64,000 nucleotides of DNA from Cycas panzhihuaensis (lineage: Eukaryota; Plantae; Cycadophyta). The stretch spans positions 232,383,741 through 232,447,740 of the forward strand of contig CM041465.1 in the NCBI GenBank assembly GCA_023213395.1, read 5' to 3'. The translations under genes and the position numbers were made by a program. The notes under the pieces are model-generated. The model did no database searches. It saw only the letters and a list, made by a program, of their open reading frames with translations, and was not told the origin of the DNA. Below are positions 52,990-64,000 of the stretch, in pieces (position 1 is the first letter of the stretch; the number at the start of each line of letters is the position of its first letter).

Positions 52990-55150
52990 CTTATAATAGG
53001 TGAACTTAATTGATTTGATAAATATATATCCATCCTTATATTTGGGGACTCAGTAAATAACTACTTATTCCAAAATTGGCATCCATTTGATGAAATATCC
53101 TTTTGACAGATGCCATCTATTTATTTCTTTCAAATACTCATGATATAGAGGTAATTTCCTCCCACCATATGTCTCTTATACATTAGAATAACTAACCCAA
53201 TAAAGATTTTTATGAAATGATGGAAAAGGATTGGATTCTTATCATGCATAGATGAAAGAAATTGTAGAGGACACCTACCAGAAAAAACATAATATTTGAC
53301 CTTAGCATCATAGTAATAAGTTCCATAATTTCCATTAAAAAATCATCATTTAACTATGAGGTTGAATGATTTTAGTCCACTTAATTGTATAACCAAATGG
53401 ACAACATATAAATCAAGATGACCTTAATGCCCCGTTTCACTCATAATATATATTGAGTCAACTTTTGTCATTAGTATTCCTCCATTCCCATGAATCATTA
53501 ACTATAGAATCTCATAACTTCTTATATCTTGTGAGTTATCTCTATAATAACTTCTTTCTTATTGTCATAAGGCCTTGTGACCTTTTCTTGGCTACTTTCT
53601 CCCTATAACATCCTTATAAGAAATTTTTGGTAATTCTTGATGAATCTAAATATGTCTTTTGCCAGAAATCCCACTAGATCCAAATATGTATTTTGTAGGA
53701 GTTTTTTGGGAGAATGTTAATCTATTTTTTTCCATAGCCTTGCACTCAAAGAATGTGCAGGGGACCCCACATATTACGTTATTAATCCTATCTTTACCTC
53801 TTAACCTATCATTTGAGTTTTAGCAAGAAAATACAATATGAAGTGGTTACATTGGCTCACTTGTTTCTTATATCCCCTTTGCATCTTATCACAAAGCAAC
53901 TACCCTAACCTATCTAAAATCTTATTCAAATTATCAATGGGCATATGTACATATGCTATAATCAAGATGAACCTATATTCGAGAAGATAAATAATGTAAG
54001 GTTTAAGATGCTTTTTATTGATTAGAATAGGAAAAATGTTTATCATAACCTATGTTTCATCATTTTCAAATAGTAAATATGAAACTAGTTCTTCATCTTC
54101 AAAATCTTTATAGGAATTTTGATTCTCTAATATATATTGGAAACCAAAAACTTCAAGCCATCCTAAAAGATCTCGTATGTGAAGCTCGTAGTCTTTTAAA
54201 ATATTGATTTTGAAGAAACAAAATTTCTTAACTAAGTTGACTATAAGCTCCAAATTTCTTTGTGTTTATGGAATTTTGTCCTTCATTATTTGAACCTTTT
54301 TCAACTACACATATTTAATGCAATATGTCTTCTCTTTAAAGGAGGGTAGCTTAGTATCAATTACAAAGAGTACAACATAACTTCCATCCTCTGATGAATT
54401 GTTAGAGGCCCACAATCTAGGTTCTTACATACCCTACATATGATCTAGATATCTTTCCTCTCTAGGTAATGTAATCTAATCCCTTACTAGAGGAAAAATG
54501 ATATTAGATAACCTAACATTTGTGGATACCCCTATCTCAAGAGCCCATTCTCTTCTAGTATTATATTGTAAATGAGAGGCATATTAACTACCATCATTGA
54601 AATGGTAGTTGATATTCTTAGACAAGTTATTACACCATCAAGTGCTTAATCACCCCTATAATTATGACAAATTAAGCATTTTTTATTCTTAAAACCTTTT
54701 AAGTTTTATTACATTCCAAAACCAAGGCTTGAATCACATCATATGGATTATATCATGGGATACTCTTGCATCTACTATATAATTGTATAAGACAAATTTA
54801 TCTAAAATATTCATAAAGACATAAAAAGGAGAAAATATTTTCTTTAAAGGAAAGGTGGCAAGGTCTAAATTTTTTACACCAACCATAGTATCTACATGAT
54901 GATTTTTTGCCTCTAAAGCCTTAAGGAGCTTATCTTTCTATTCAAGGAGCTTCATGGCTTAGTGCAAATTCAAACTAACTAGATATTTCAAAAGATCTCA
55001 TAGCATATCATATTCTTTAATGCAATCTAAAAGAATAATTCTTAATACTAGATTTGCCTTGGGAGTTTGAATATTCATTTTATTAGATTATGCCTATAGG
55101 GAATTAGTGGCATTATTAGTGTTCCTCTCATCCAAGGAAATCCTAGGCTT
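52990..55150 (-). mobile_element. Possible very degenerate L1-type LINE ORF2 fragment (endonuclease to RT)
   Basis: Faint minus-strand motif echoes in LINE order: WNxRG-like ~55125-55145, GGDFN-like ~54645-54665, KAYD-like ~53240; heavily mutated. Confidence 0.3.
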
Positions 55151-55971
55151 CTTTAACGACCTTTGGCTCCTTTACTGGGCTAATTAGGCCCTATTATTCA
55201 TAGTTAAGACCACAATATTAATATTGGCCTCATCATTATTGTCTTAAACATAAATAGTTTTTTCCTCTAATTCATCAAGTTCTATTACAAAAGTGGAAGC
55301 CTATTCATTCAAAGAATATTAACTCATCAACTTGGCATAATGAAGATCTTGCTCTTCAAATTAATAATAAAAAGTTTCCTCAAACTCATTATTCACTTGT
55401 GAAGGCCCTTCCTTAGGCCTCATCAACATACTTATCTTTTTAGAATCTTGCTCCTTTCTTACATCCTCAAAAATTAAATTTAATTATTCAACTTCTTAAT
55501 TAGGAATTAATTCTATGATTTGTCTTAGGAGTGAACTTGAGGAGGATTTATCTTGAATGAAGATAAGAGAGGGGATTTATCCTTTCCTATCTTTTCCAAA
55601 ATTTCCTTGATCTTTAATGCAACTACTTGGGCAACTTAGATGCTTCCAAGCTCTCTAAAATGAACTAAGAATCTAATATCTTAGTCTAAATATTCTATGA
55701 ACCATCATGTTTATAGGGTTGGTGTTGGATGATGATCTTCAAGTATAACTTAGACAATAGTATGGAATCTATAAACATAGTCCATTATACTTTCCCTAAA
55801 TCCCCTTTTAATATTAGATAACTCTTTAACTAAAGTACTTGAGTTTTTTTTCCTCAAGCATTTAGGCTTGGAATAGTCCATCAAAGAATTCTAATTAGTG
55901 ACTTTACTAGAAGGTAAGGACTGAAACCAAGAAGCTACCTCACCCTATATTGTTTACATTAAAAGGAAGGG

Positions 55972-56950
55972 TGCTAAAATTGGTTTATGAGATATTCAAG
56001 AATGCATGCTTATAGGGATAAATGATAAGAAAACACAATCCCAAAATGCGTAACTCTATACATAAGTATAGGTGCAAATATTTGGAAAAAAGTCCTACGA
56101 AGAGGACAAGTGTGGGGATGAACTAATGGATGATAAACATGTAGGGGAAGGATGTTACAAGGATGAATTATGCAAGGAACATCTTTAGGTTTGAATGAAA
56201 TAAGAAACCCTTCAAGGATTAAGTCTTATTAACTAAAATTATATTAAGCCAAAAAAAAAGACCAAGCTCACAGAATTTCAACCAACAAAAAAGTAGATAA
56301 TTATTCAGTAAAAAATAAGTTAAATGAATAATCAATTACATGTTCACTCTAATGTAATTAAAGTGTTGAAAATCTAAACACCAAAAAAAAGGCTAATTAT
56401 AAGACCCACCATTATCCATTCATGATCAAATAGGTAGAAAGTTCCCAACTCAAACTAGAAATCTTATAAATTAGAATATTTGATCCTATAAATAATCTTT
56501 ATATTTAAAGCCTATTAGACATACCTCAAATATCCATACATATATCAACTCTACCCTAGATTCTCATTTGGGTTTATCCTTAAATAAATACGTTAATAAA
56601 TATAAGATTAAAATTTTCTATGCATAATACATCCACATAACATACTTCACTTCATAAATGGTATAATATTAAAGCATAATATTTACCCACTAAAATAATT
56701 TTGAAAAACTTTACTTTATTTCTCTAAAAAATATTTAAGATCTAAAAGACCTTCCTTGTATAATCTTTTTCTCTTTTAAACATTTCAAGAGAAAAGATGT
56801 TATAAATAAAAAAGTAAATTACTTTTATTTTGAAAAAAATCAAAAGGCTAGTCATGTCATAAAGAGCTAGTTTAGTTACTAATTTCTATGATCACTATAG
56901 AATTGAAGTTATATCATGAATTGTTATCATACTAAATACTATCCATTTTT
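55972..56950 (+). repeat. ~1-kb LTR-like direct repeat, copy 2
   Basis: Preceded by a Copia-style PPT CATTAAAAGGAAGGG; aligns with 51964-52950. Confidence 0.75.
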
Positions 56951-57360
56951 GTAGTACATTATTTTTATTAATGAAACTAATGAACCACATATGTAAAACA
57001 CTTCTTAGTTTCTTAGTTAACTAATGATTGCATTCTTTAGTTACCCATGTACTTTGGTAGATAGTTTTTATTTTATATGGGCATTAGTGATTTGATCTAT
57101 TAATGACTTGGTTAGTGTAGCTTATAAGTAGAATAAATGAAATTGAGAAAAAAATACTTCATATATTATGACAAGTTATGAATTATATTAGTTTAATAAT
57201 TTGCATATAGTGAAATGACATAGCATTTGCATATAGGAAAACAAGCATGATGAAGAAAGTTTAATTGATGTTTTCAAGTGATTTTGAAGGCGAAGACAAG
57301 GAGATCTAACATGATTCTTTGAAGTTGAAAATAATTAAGAAGTTTTATAAATCAAACATT

Positions 57361-57775
57361 AAAGGGGGATGTTAGAATATTGAGTTTCACAATAATTGAT
57401 ATAATTTTTAATTAGTGTGATCTAGTAGAAGTAATTGATGTAAAAGTTCTCACATGCTTTAATTGGTCAATATATCAGTATAATATCATTAGTTAATAAA
57501 GTTATCATATATAATTAGTCATACATGAAGTGATGAACAATATAAATATCTATATACATTAAAAAATTAATTAAGAGTTGAGCTTATCACTTTTCTCCTA
57601 TGGTTTTTTCCATCAAGAGTTTTATACATATAAATCTTGTATCTCATGTGATATATTTTCTAGTGTATGATTATATTATATTAGTGTGTATATATCTCAT
57701 TTTATATGTGCTTGATGTCTTATATCTTAAACACCTTATGATTCTTTTATTTATTATAATTGTGATATATTAATA
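57361..57775 (+). repeat. PPT plus decayed 3' LTR of a Copia-type element
   Basis: ACATTAAAGGGGGA|TGTTAG junction at 57370, the same pattern as at 2923 and 21088; no partner LTR in the window; right end approximate. Confidence 0.45.
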
Positions 57776-58753
57776 TGATAAATACTTCACAAAATTCATT
57801 ATGTGAATATACATGAAAAATTCTATCACGGTATTAGTGCATATTAAATTTTTAATAAAAATAAATAAATAATTAAGACATTTAATGCTTAAGGATAAAG
57901 AACTCTTAAAAAAAATATTTTTAAAAACTATAAAGACTTTAATATACAAGTGAGCATCCATTTGGAAATGGAATATAGTCGTGGTCATAGATAAACTAAA
58001 TCTCAAGTATATCATACCATATAAACTTCATGGTAGTCCATTCATTAGTGTTACTAGTAAGTATATAACCCACTAAGGAGTAATGAATTATATCTATTGA
58101 AAGAACAAGGAAATACCAAGCTATATAAAGGCCTATAAACGATGCCAGGTAAAAAGAGATCTATTCACACGAATGTTGATACCATTACCAATTATAGATG
58201 GTAAATGGCAAGGCATCATAATGGATTTTACTCTTGATATCCCATATACATAGAACATATGGCCAAAGTTAATAGGAGTACATAGATTATCTAAGATAGC
58301 GATCCCAAAATAGAGCTTAATTGGTGAAGAAGTCAATTATCAACCTTTTCTCCTTGAGATCCTGGGAGTTAGTGTAGAAACCTCAATAACATCAAAATAA
58401 CAATGAGCCCACAAAAGGAAATTCTACACCAAATTATTTATTCTTGACATTGCTCCAAAAGTATGAGGAGTAGTACTTTTATTAAACTATGAAAATCTCC
58501 ATTTAATAGTGGAGAGATCAACTAACAAAAGAATGGTTAATTTACAAGGAATAAATGATACAATTATACCATAAGGGGAACTCCAACCCTCCAAAATGCT
58601 TCTCCAAGGATGCTTCCCAAGTCAAGTGCCTTTTACCTCCAAGAACCACCTCTCCAACTCGTAATAGGGCTCAATTTATAGAAAGAAACCAAAATTGCAT
58701 GTTTAACAAGTGGCAATCATGCAAGTATAACCACTAACCACCAGAATGCATGT

Positions 58754-59142
58754 TGTCCAAGTGGCCTTCATGCAATTCTTAAATGTTGCAGCTTGTAACT
58801 AACCTTAATGAACTCCACTTTAGCTCAAATTTGGTACACGGATAGGAACAATGTCCCCTCCGCTTCCTCAAAATTTTAGCTCATTTGGATGTCATTTGAC
58901 TGCATTTTAATTCATTTAATTATAATATGTATTTGTTGTTTTTCTGCTGTCCAAGTGGCCTTCATACAATTCTTAAAACTTGTGGCTTGTAAATGACCTT
59001 AAAAGACTCCAATTTAGCTCAAATTTGGTACACATATAGGAACTTATGTCTCCTCCGCTTCCTCAAGATTTTAGCTCATTTAGATGTCATCTGACTACAT
59101 TTTTATTCATTTAATGATAATATGTATTTGTTATTTTTCTGC
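58754..59142. repeat. Two tandem copies of a ~194-bp unit inside the Gypsy LTR
   Basis: TGTCCAAGTGGCCTTCAT...TTTCTGC at 58754-58947 and 58948-59142. Confidence 0.9.
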
Positions 59143-59399
59143 TAGCTGTGGGATTAATTTTATGCAAAACAAGGTTTGAACTCTAATCAAATGATATTTT
59201 CTGAACCCCACCTTTTGTACACATGTAGTGGGATGTGTATTCTACCTTTACGCAAAATTTCATATAATTTTGATACCATTTGGCCATATCTCTTTCAGTT
59301 ATGCCAATGCCTAGCATTTTCTGCATCCTGTAAACATATGGTAGATCCTCCTGGATTATGGCTTCCCCTTCCTTGGAAAATAGCCAACTCCTGTTTGGC

Positions 59400-62300
59400 T
59401 TAGAATTGGAGATGGAGGAAGTGTTGTTCTCCTTGTTGCATACTAAACCACTTGGCCTTACTAGGCAATTATCCTGCTACTCCAATCCTGAAAGATTCAT
59501 GTGTCTTATGTCTTATTTTGGTAGATTTTCTCTCCAAGATACAATCTTCCTTGAGAGGCTCCTCGCTTTCCAAATATAAATCATCAACTGAAGGTAAAGT
59601 GAACTAGTCCTGTTCCTCATCTAGTATGGAGGGCTCAAATAGTTTTAAGTATTCAACATTTACTACTGAATATATTTGCATATAAGGTGGAAGATCAAGT
59701 TGGAAAGCATTGCCACCTACTTTTCTCAAAATCTTGAATGGTCCATACCTTATAGGTTTGAGTTTCTTGCCTTCTCCTTTTAACCTCTCCTTGATCAAGT
59801 ATAACCATACTAAATCTCCTTCTTAAAAAGTACACTCTTGCCTATGCTTGTCATGTCTTTCCTTGTACTTTTGTTGAGTCCTTAGAAGTTGATCATGTAC
59901 TTCTTTGTGGACTCTCTAGACCTTCTCCAAGTATCTTAAAGCCTTGTCATGCTTCTCCTTCTCTTTGATGGATCCTTCCTTAGCTTGCATAGAAAACTCT
60001 AAGTCAAATGAACTTTAAGGCAAGTATCCCAAACAAACTTCAAAAGGTGCTTTAGAGTGTGATGCATGCATTGCTCTATTAAATGCAAATTATAGAAAAG
60101 CCAACGATTCATCCCAAGTCTTTGGATGCTTGGAATTATATCCCCTCAATAAATATACCAAAGTTCTATTCACTACTTCAGTTTATCCATCTGTTTGAGG
60201 ATGGAAACTTGTACTCATCTTCAACTTGGTATCCATCATCTCCCATAGTGACTTCCAAAATGATGAAAGGAATCGAGTGTCCCGATCTGAAATGATGGAA
60301 GAAGGCAAGGCAAAATTCTTCCATACATGCTCGAAGAATAACTCAGCTGCTCTTGTACCTGTGAATGTCTTCTTATAAGGTATTAGACATATCATTTTAC
60401 TGAACCTATCTACAACAACAAAGAGATAATCATGTGCCTTCCTAGTCATGGGAAGTCCCCCTAAGAAATCAATGGAGATACTTTCCCAAGGTCTAGTGGG
60501 AATAGGAAGTGGTGTATACAATCCTAATTTTCTAGAAGAAGGCTTAGAAGTATTACACATTACACATCCTTTTACATATTTTTTTACATCATTTTGCATT
60601 TTTGGCTATACAACATATCTTCTCAAGTTTGTTAAAGTCTTCTCTATACCAAAGTGACTAGCTACTTTAGAAGTATGGGCTTCTCTAAGCCACTTGATCT
60701 TGTCTCCTTTTGATGGAACATAGAGCTGCTCCCCTTTGAAAAATAGACCATCCTTCCAAGCAAGCTGGGAAGGTCTTCCTTTCACTAGGTTCTCTAATTC
60801 TTCCTTCAAAGCTTCATCTTCATGATACAAGTCTTTGTACTCTTCATGATACATTGGCTCCACCTGCAAACTCATAAGAGAACTACAAACAAAAGTAGAA
60901 GAAGAAGTGGAACAAGGTGGTCTAGATAACATATCAACAATTTTGTTATTAGATCCCTTTTTGTACTTAATTACAATATTGAATTATTATAAATAACTCA
61001 TCCACTTCATGTGTCTTGCTTGTTGTAATTTACTTTGGGTTTGTAAAAATTGAAGAGGCTTATGATCAGTATGAACTACAACCTCTTTTCCAAGTAAGTA
61101 GACCTCCAATGCTTGCATGCTTGATGAACTGTGAATATTTCTTGATCATATGTTGGGTAGTTTTTCAGTTAAGCGGTGAAGACTTCTGAATGATAAGCAA
61201 GAGGCTTCCCATCTTGAATAAAGACAGCTCCCATCGCATTTCCACTTGCATCAGCTTCTACTTCAAAAAGCCTTTGCAAATTTGGCATTGCCAAAATCAG
61301 TGCTTCACAAATTTTCTTCTTTAAAAGAAGAAAAGCTTCTTCCTCCTTGGAATCCCAAGTAAATTTTTTACTAGATTTTGTCAATCCATGTAGAGGTGCT
61401 GCAACCCATGAGAAATGAAGAATAAACTTTCTCAAGTATTGACAAGCTCCCAAAAAACTTCTCACCTCTGTGATGTTTGTTGGCCTAGGCCATTTGAGGA
61501 TGGCTTGAGTCTTGAGTGGATCGATACTTAACTTTCCTCCTCTAACCACAAAGCCTAAGAAGATCAAGTTCTCCTTGCCAAATTCACACTTCTTCACATT
61601 AAGCTTCAAATGATGCTTAGCCATAGTCTTTAAAACTTCTTCTATGTGCTGCAAATGTTCCTCCCATATGTTACTGAAAATCAAAATGTCATCAAGATAG
61701 ACAACAACAAAATTATCCAAGTAAGGCCTTAACATTTCATTCATTAGCCTCATGAATGTTACTGGAGCATTACATAATCTGAAAGGCATAACCATCTATT
61801 CAAAGAGTCCTTGCTTTATTTTGAAGGCTGTCTTCCATGTGTCCTCCTCCTTGATCCTAACTTGGTGATAACCGCTTTTCAAATCCAACTTAGTAAAATA
61901 ACAAGCATGCTGAATTTGATCAAGCAAATCATCTATGCGAGGCAAAGGGTAGTGATTTTTAATTATAATTTTATTCAAAGCACGAAAGTCTATACACATT
62001 CTCCATCCTCCATCCTTCTTAGGCACCAAGACAATTGGTGACCCACAAGGTGAACATGAAGGTCTTATGACCCCTTGATCAAGCAACTCCTCAACTTGCC
62101 TCTTTATCTCATTATTCTCTACAATAGAGTGCCTATACAAAGCAACATTAGGCAATGGTGCATCTCCTACAAGAGTGATTTTATGCTCTATCTTTCTCTT
62201 TGATGGTAGCCCATCAACATGTTGAAATAGAATATTATACCTTGTCTTTAACTCCTCAATTTGTTGCATTTGTTTAGGTGATATAAGAAGAGTGTGGGTA

Positions 62301-62920
62301 GAAGGACCTTCTTCATCTCCTAGCTCTTCTTTTCTCCTTACCATTAAGATGATGAATATACCACATACATTGATCATCCTTTTTGCTTGAGTGGCTGAAA
62401 TTAATGCTATCTTATCCAAGTGCTTCTTTGTGGCCTTTATGATGAAGCCCTTGTTATCCTTCATCAACCGATACTTTCTCTCCCTTCAATAAAAGAGTGC
62501 ATCTCGATCCCACAAGTAGGGACTCCCAAGCACAACATGGCATACATCTAATGGCACCACATCACATATTACTTCATCAATAAAATCATTAGTGATGGAA
62601 AATTTAAGTGTACATTGCTTTGATATTTACATTTCCACATCTTTATGGATCCAACCAAGAGGATATAGGTGAGGGTGAGGAGTAGTTACCAACCCAATGC
62701 TCTTTACCAAACTTTCTAAGATCAAATTCTTTTGGCTCCCCGGATCTACAATGGCACCAATAATATCATTTCCTACTTGAAGCTTCAAGTGAAATAGTTC
62801 CTCCCTTGTAGCATCATCTCCATAATTTGTAAGTAGAGTAACCTTCTCTTCTTCTCTTTCACTTTGAATTTCCACCTCAAAAAGTAGTGCTTTCCCTTTT
62901 TCCTTCTTTCTTAATTCCAT
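59400..62920 (-). pseudogene. Gypsy pol pseudogene (PR-RT-RH-INT)
   Basis: AIVDPGSQKNL; RT split by TAG at the conserved W of GLFE(W)xVMPF (61796-61798); YLDDILIF; EADASG; ISIDFLGGLP...VVDRFSKM...HPQTDG; YGPFKI. Confidence 0.95.
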
Positions 62921-62959
62921 ATCCTTGATATGCTTTGGCTTTAGCTCTGGGTGTTACTT

Positions 62960-63904
62960 CTAACACTTTGTTGTAATATGACCACTAATATCACAATGCT
63001 CACAATAGTTAGAACTTTTAACAAAATTAGTCATTTTCTTCTTTCCTTCTTGCCTTTTAGATGAGTGCAATTTAGGATTCTTTTCATACTTATTAGAAGT
63101 AAAAGTAGAATCTTTAGACATGAATGTACATTTCTTGCTTTTACTTTCTATTGCCATAACCATTCTACCTGCTTCTCCAATGGATTGAACCTTTAAAAGC
63201 CTTAGTTCCTTCCTTATGTATTCATGTAATCCTCCAATGAATTTCATAAGAGTGATATGTTCATCCATATTAATACCAAGTAGCATGCCATGCCTAAAAA
63301 ATAAAGAAGTATAGTCTTGGATACATACACCTCTTCCTTGGCGTAAATATTGCCAAATGACCCATTGGTCTTCCTCATGACCTATGGGGTAGTATTGCTT
63401 CTTTATTATTTTCTTAAAATCCATCCATGAAAAAGAAGATACATCATGAGTCTTCAAATATGCATTCCACCATGTCAATGCATGTTTACATAACTTGAGC
63501 CTAGCAAATGAAAGATTTTGAGCATTATTATAAGCATAAATTGTGAAGTAGGTTTCAAGTTGATCCAACCAATGGTCCAACTTTTCAGCATTTACCTCTC
63601 CATCATAAGTTGGAATATCCAACTTTGCCTCCACCTTGAAGGGTTGATGAGATGAAGTACCCTTGTTTTCTTCAAATGAGTGCTTTAAGGTCTCCTCCTC
63701 TTCCTCTTCATGGTTGTGGTCATATGTGGATCCTCCTTCAACTTTCTTCTCTTTGCCTTTTCCCTTGACTAGAGATAGAAGTTGGGTCATCATTTGCATC
63801 AAGACTTCTACGTTCTTCTCAAGCTTTTCAAATCTGATTTCTCCATCTTCTTTTTCAGCCATGGTGCGTGGATTCTTTCTTGGTCTTCTTGGTGATTGCA
63901 ACAC
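62960..63904 (-). pseudogene. Gypsy gag with zinc knuckle
   Basis: KVEAKLDIPTYDGEVNAEKLDHW...ALTWW...LRQG...CEHCDISGHITTKC, then a premature stop. Confidence 0.92.
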
Positions 63905-64000
63905 AAGAAAAGCTTCACCTTTCTCTTTGTATCCTTTCCTTGTTTATACTATTCAAGTCCCTAAAACAAATATCACATGCTCTAATACCAAAATATGATC

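Larger units (their letters stand above)
58357..64000 (-). mobile_element. Near-complete Ty3/Gypsy retrotransposon (CRM-like); 5' LTR begins at the window end
   Basis: PBS TGGTATTAGAGC (minus) 63979-63990; PPT (reverse complement) ~59362-59375; inferred 3' LTR ~58357-59358; long gag, PR, RT, RH and INT ORFs in order. Confidence 0.92.

Noticed and set aside
57950-58340. Possible Tat/Ogre-type protease remnant on the minus strand
   Set aside because: Catalytic motif not intact; cannot be supported without a search

Overview
AT-rich, CpG-depleted land-plant nuclear DNA; the retroelement families resemble those of gymnosperms or ferns, but the species cannot be determined. One host gene is present: the last three coding exons of an RluA-family RNA pseudouridine synthase (Arabidopsis PUS3-like, + strand, 6060-7540). 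The rest is almost all decayed, nested LTR retrotransposons, reconstructed from LTR pairs, primer-binding sites (PBS), polypurine tracts (PPT), target-site duplications (TSD) and interrupted protein motifs. A non-autonomous element with ~2.2-kb LTRs (about 10180-47990) hosts three insertions: (i) a gag-only Copia containing a Gypsy; (ii) a Gypsy containing a Copia containing a younger Copia (four levels); (iii) a ~2-kb LTR element carrying a captured, CpG-rich, apparently intronless 5' fragment of the ankyrin kinase gene VIK. Further Gypsy relics, a possible LINE relic and a near-complete CRM-like Gypsy fill the right end. The most unusual signals are the VIK capture, a hairpin/palindrome-dense 2.5-kb leader in the youngest Copia, and an identical 13-nt stem-loop in the leaders of a Gypsy and a Copia. 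All alignments and counts were done by eye, with no database searches.
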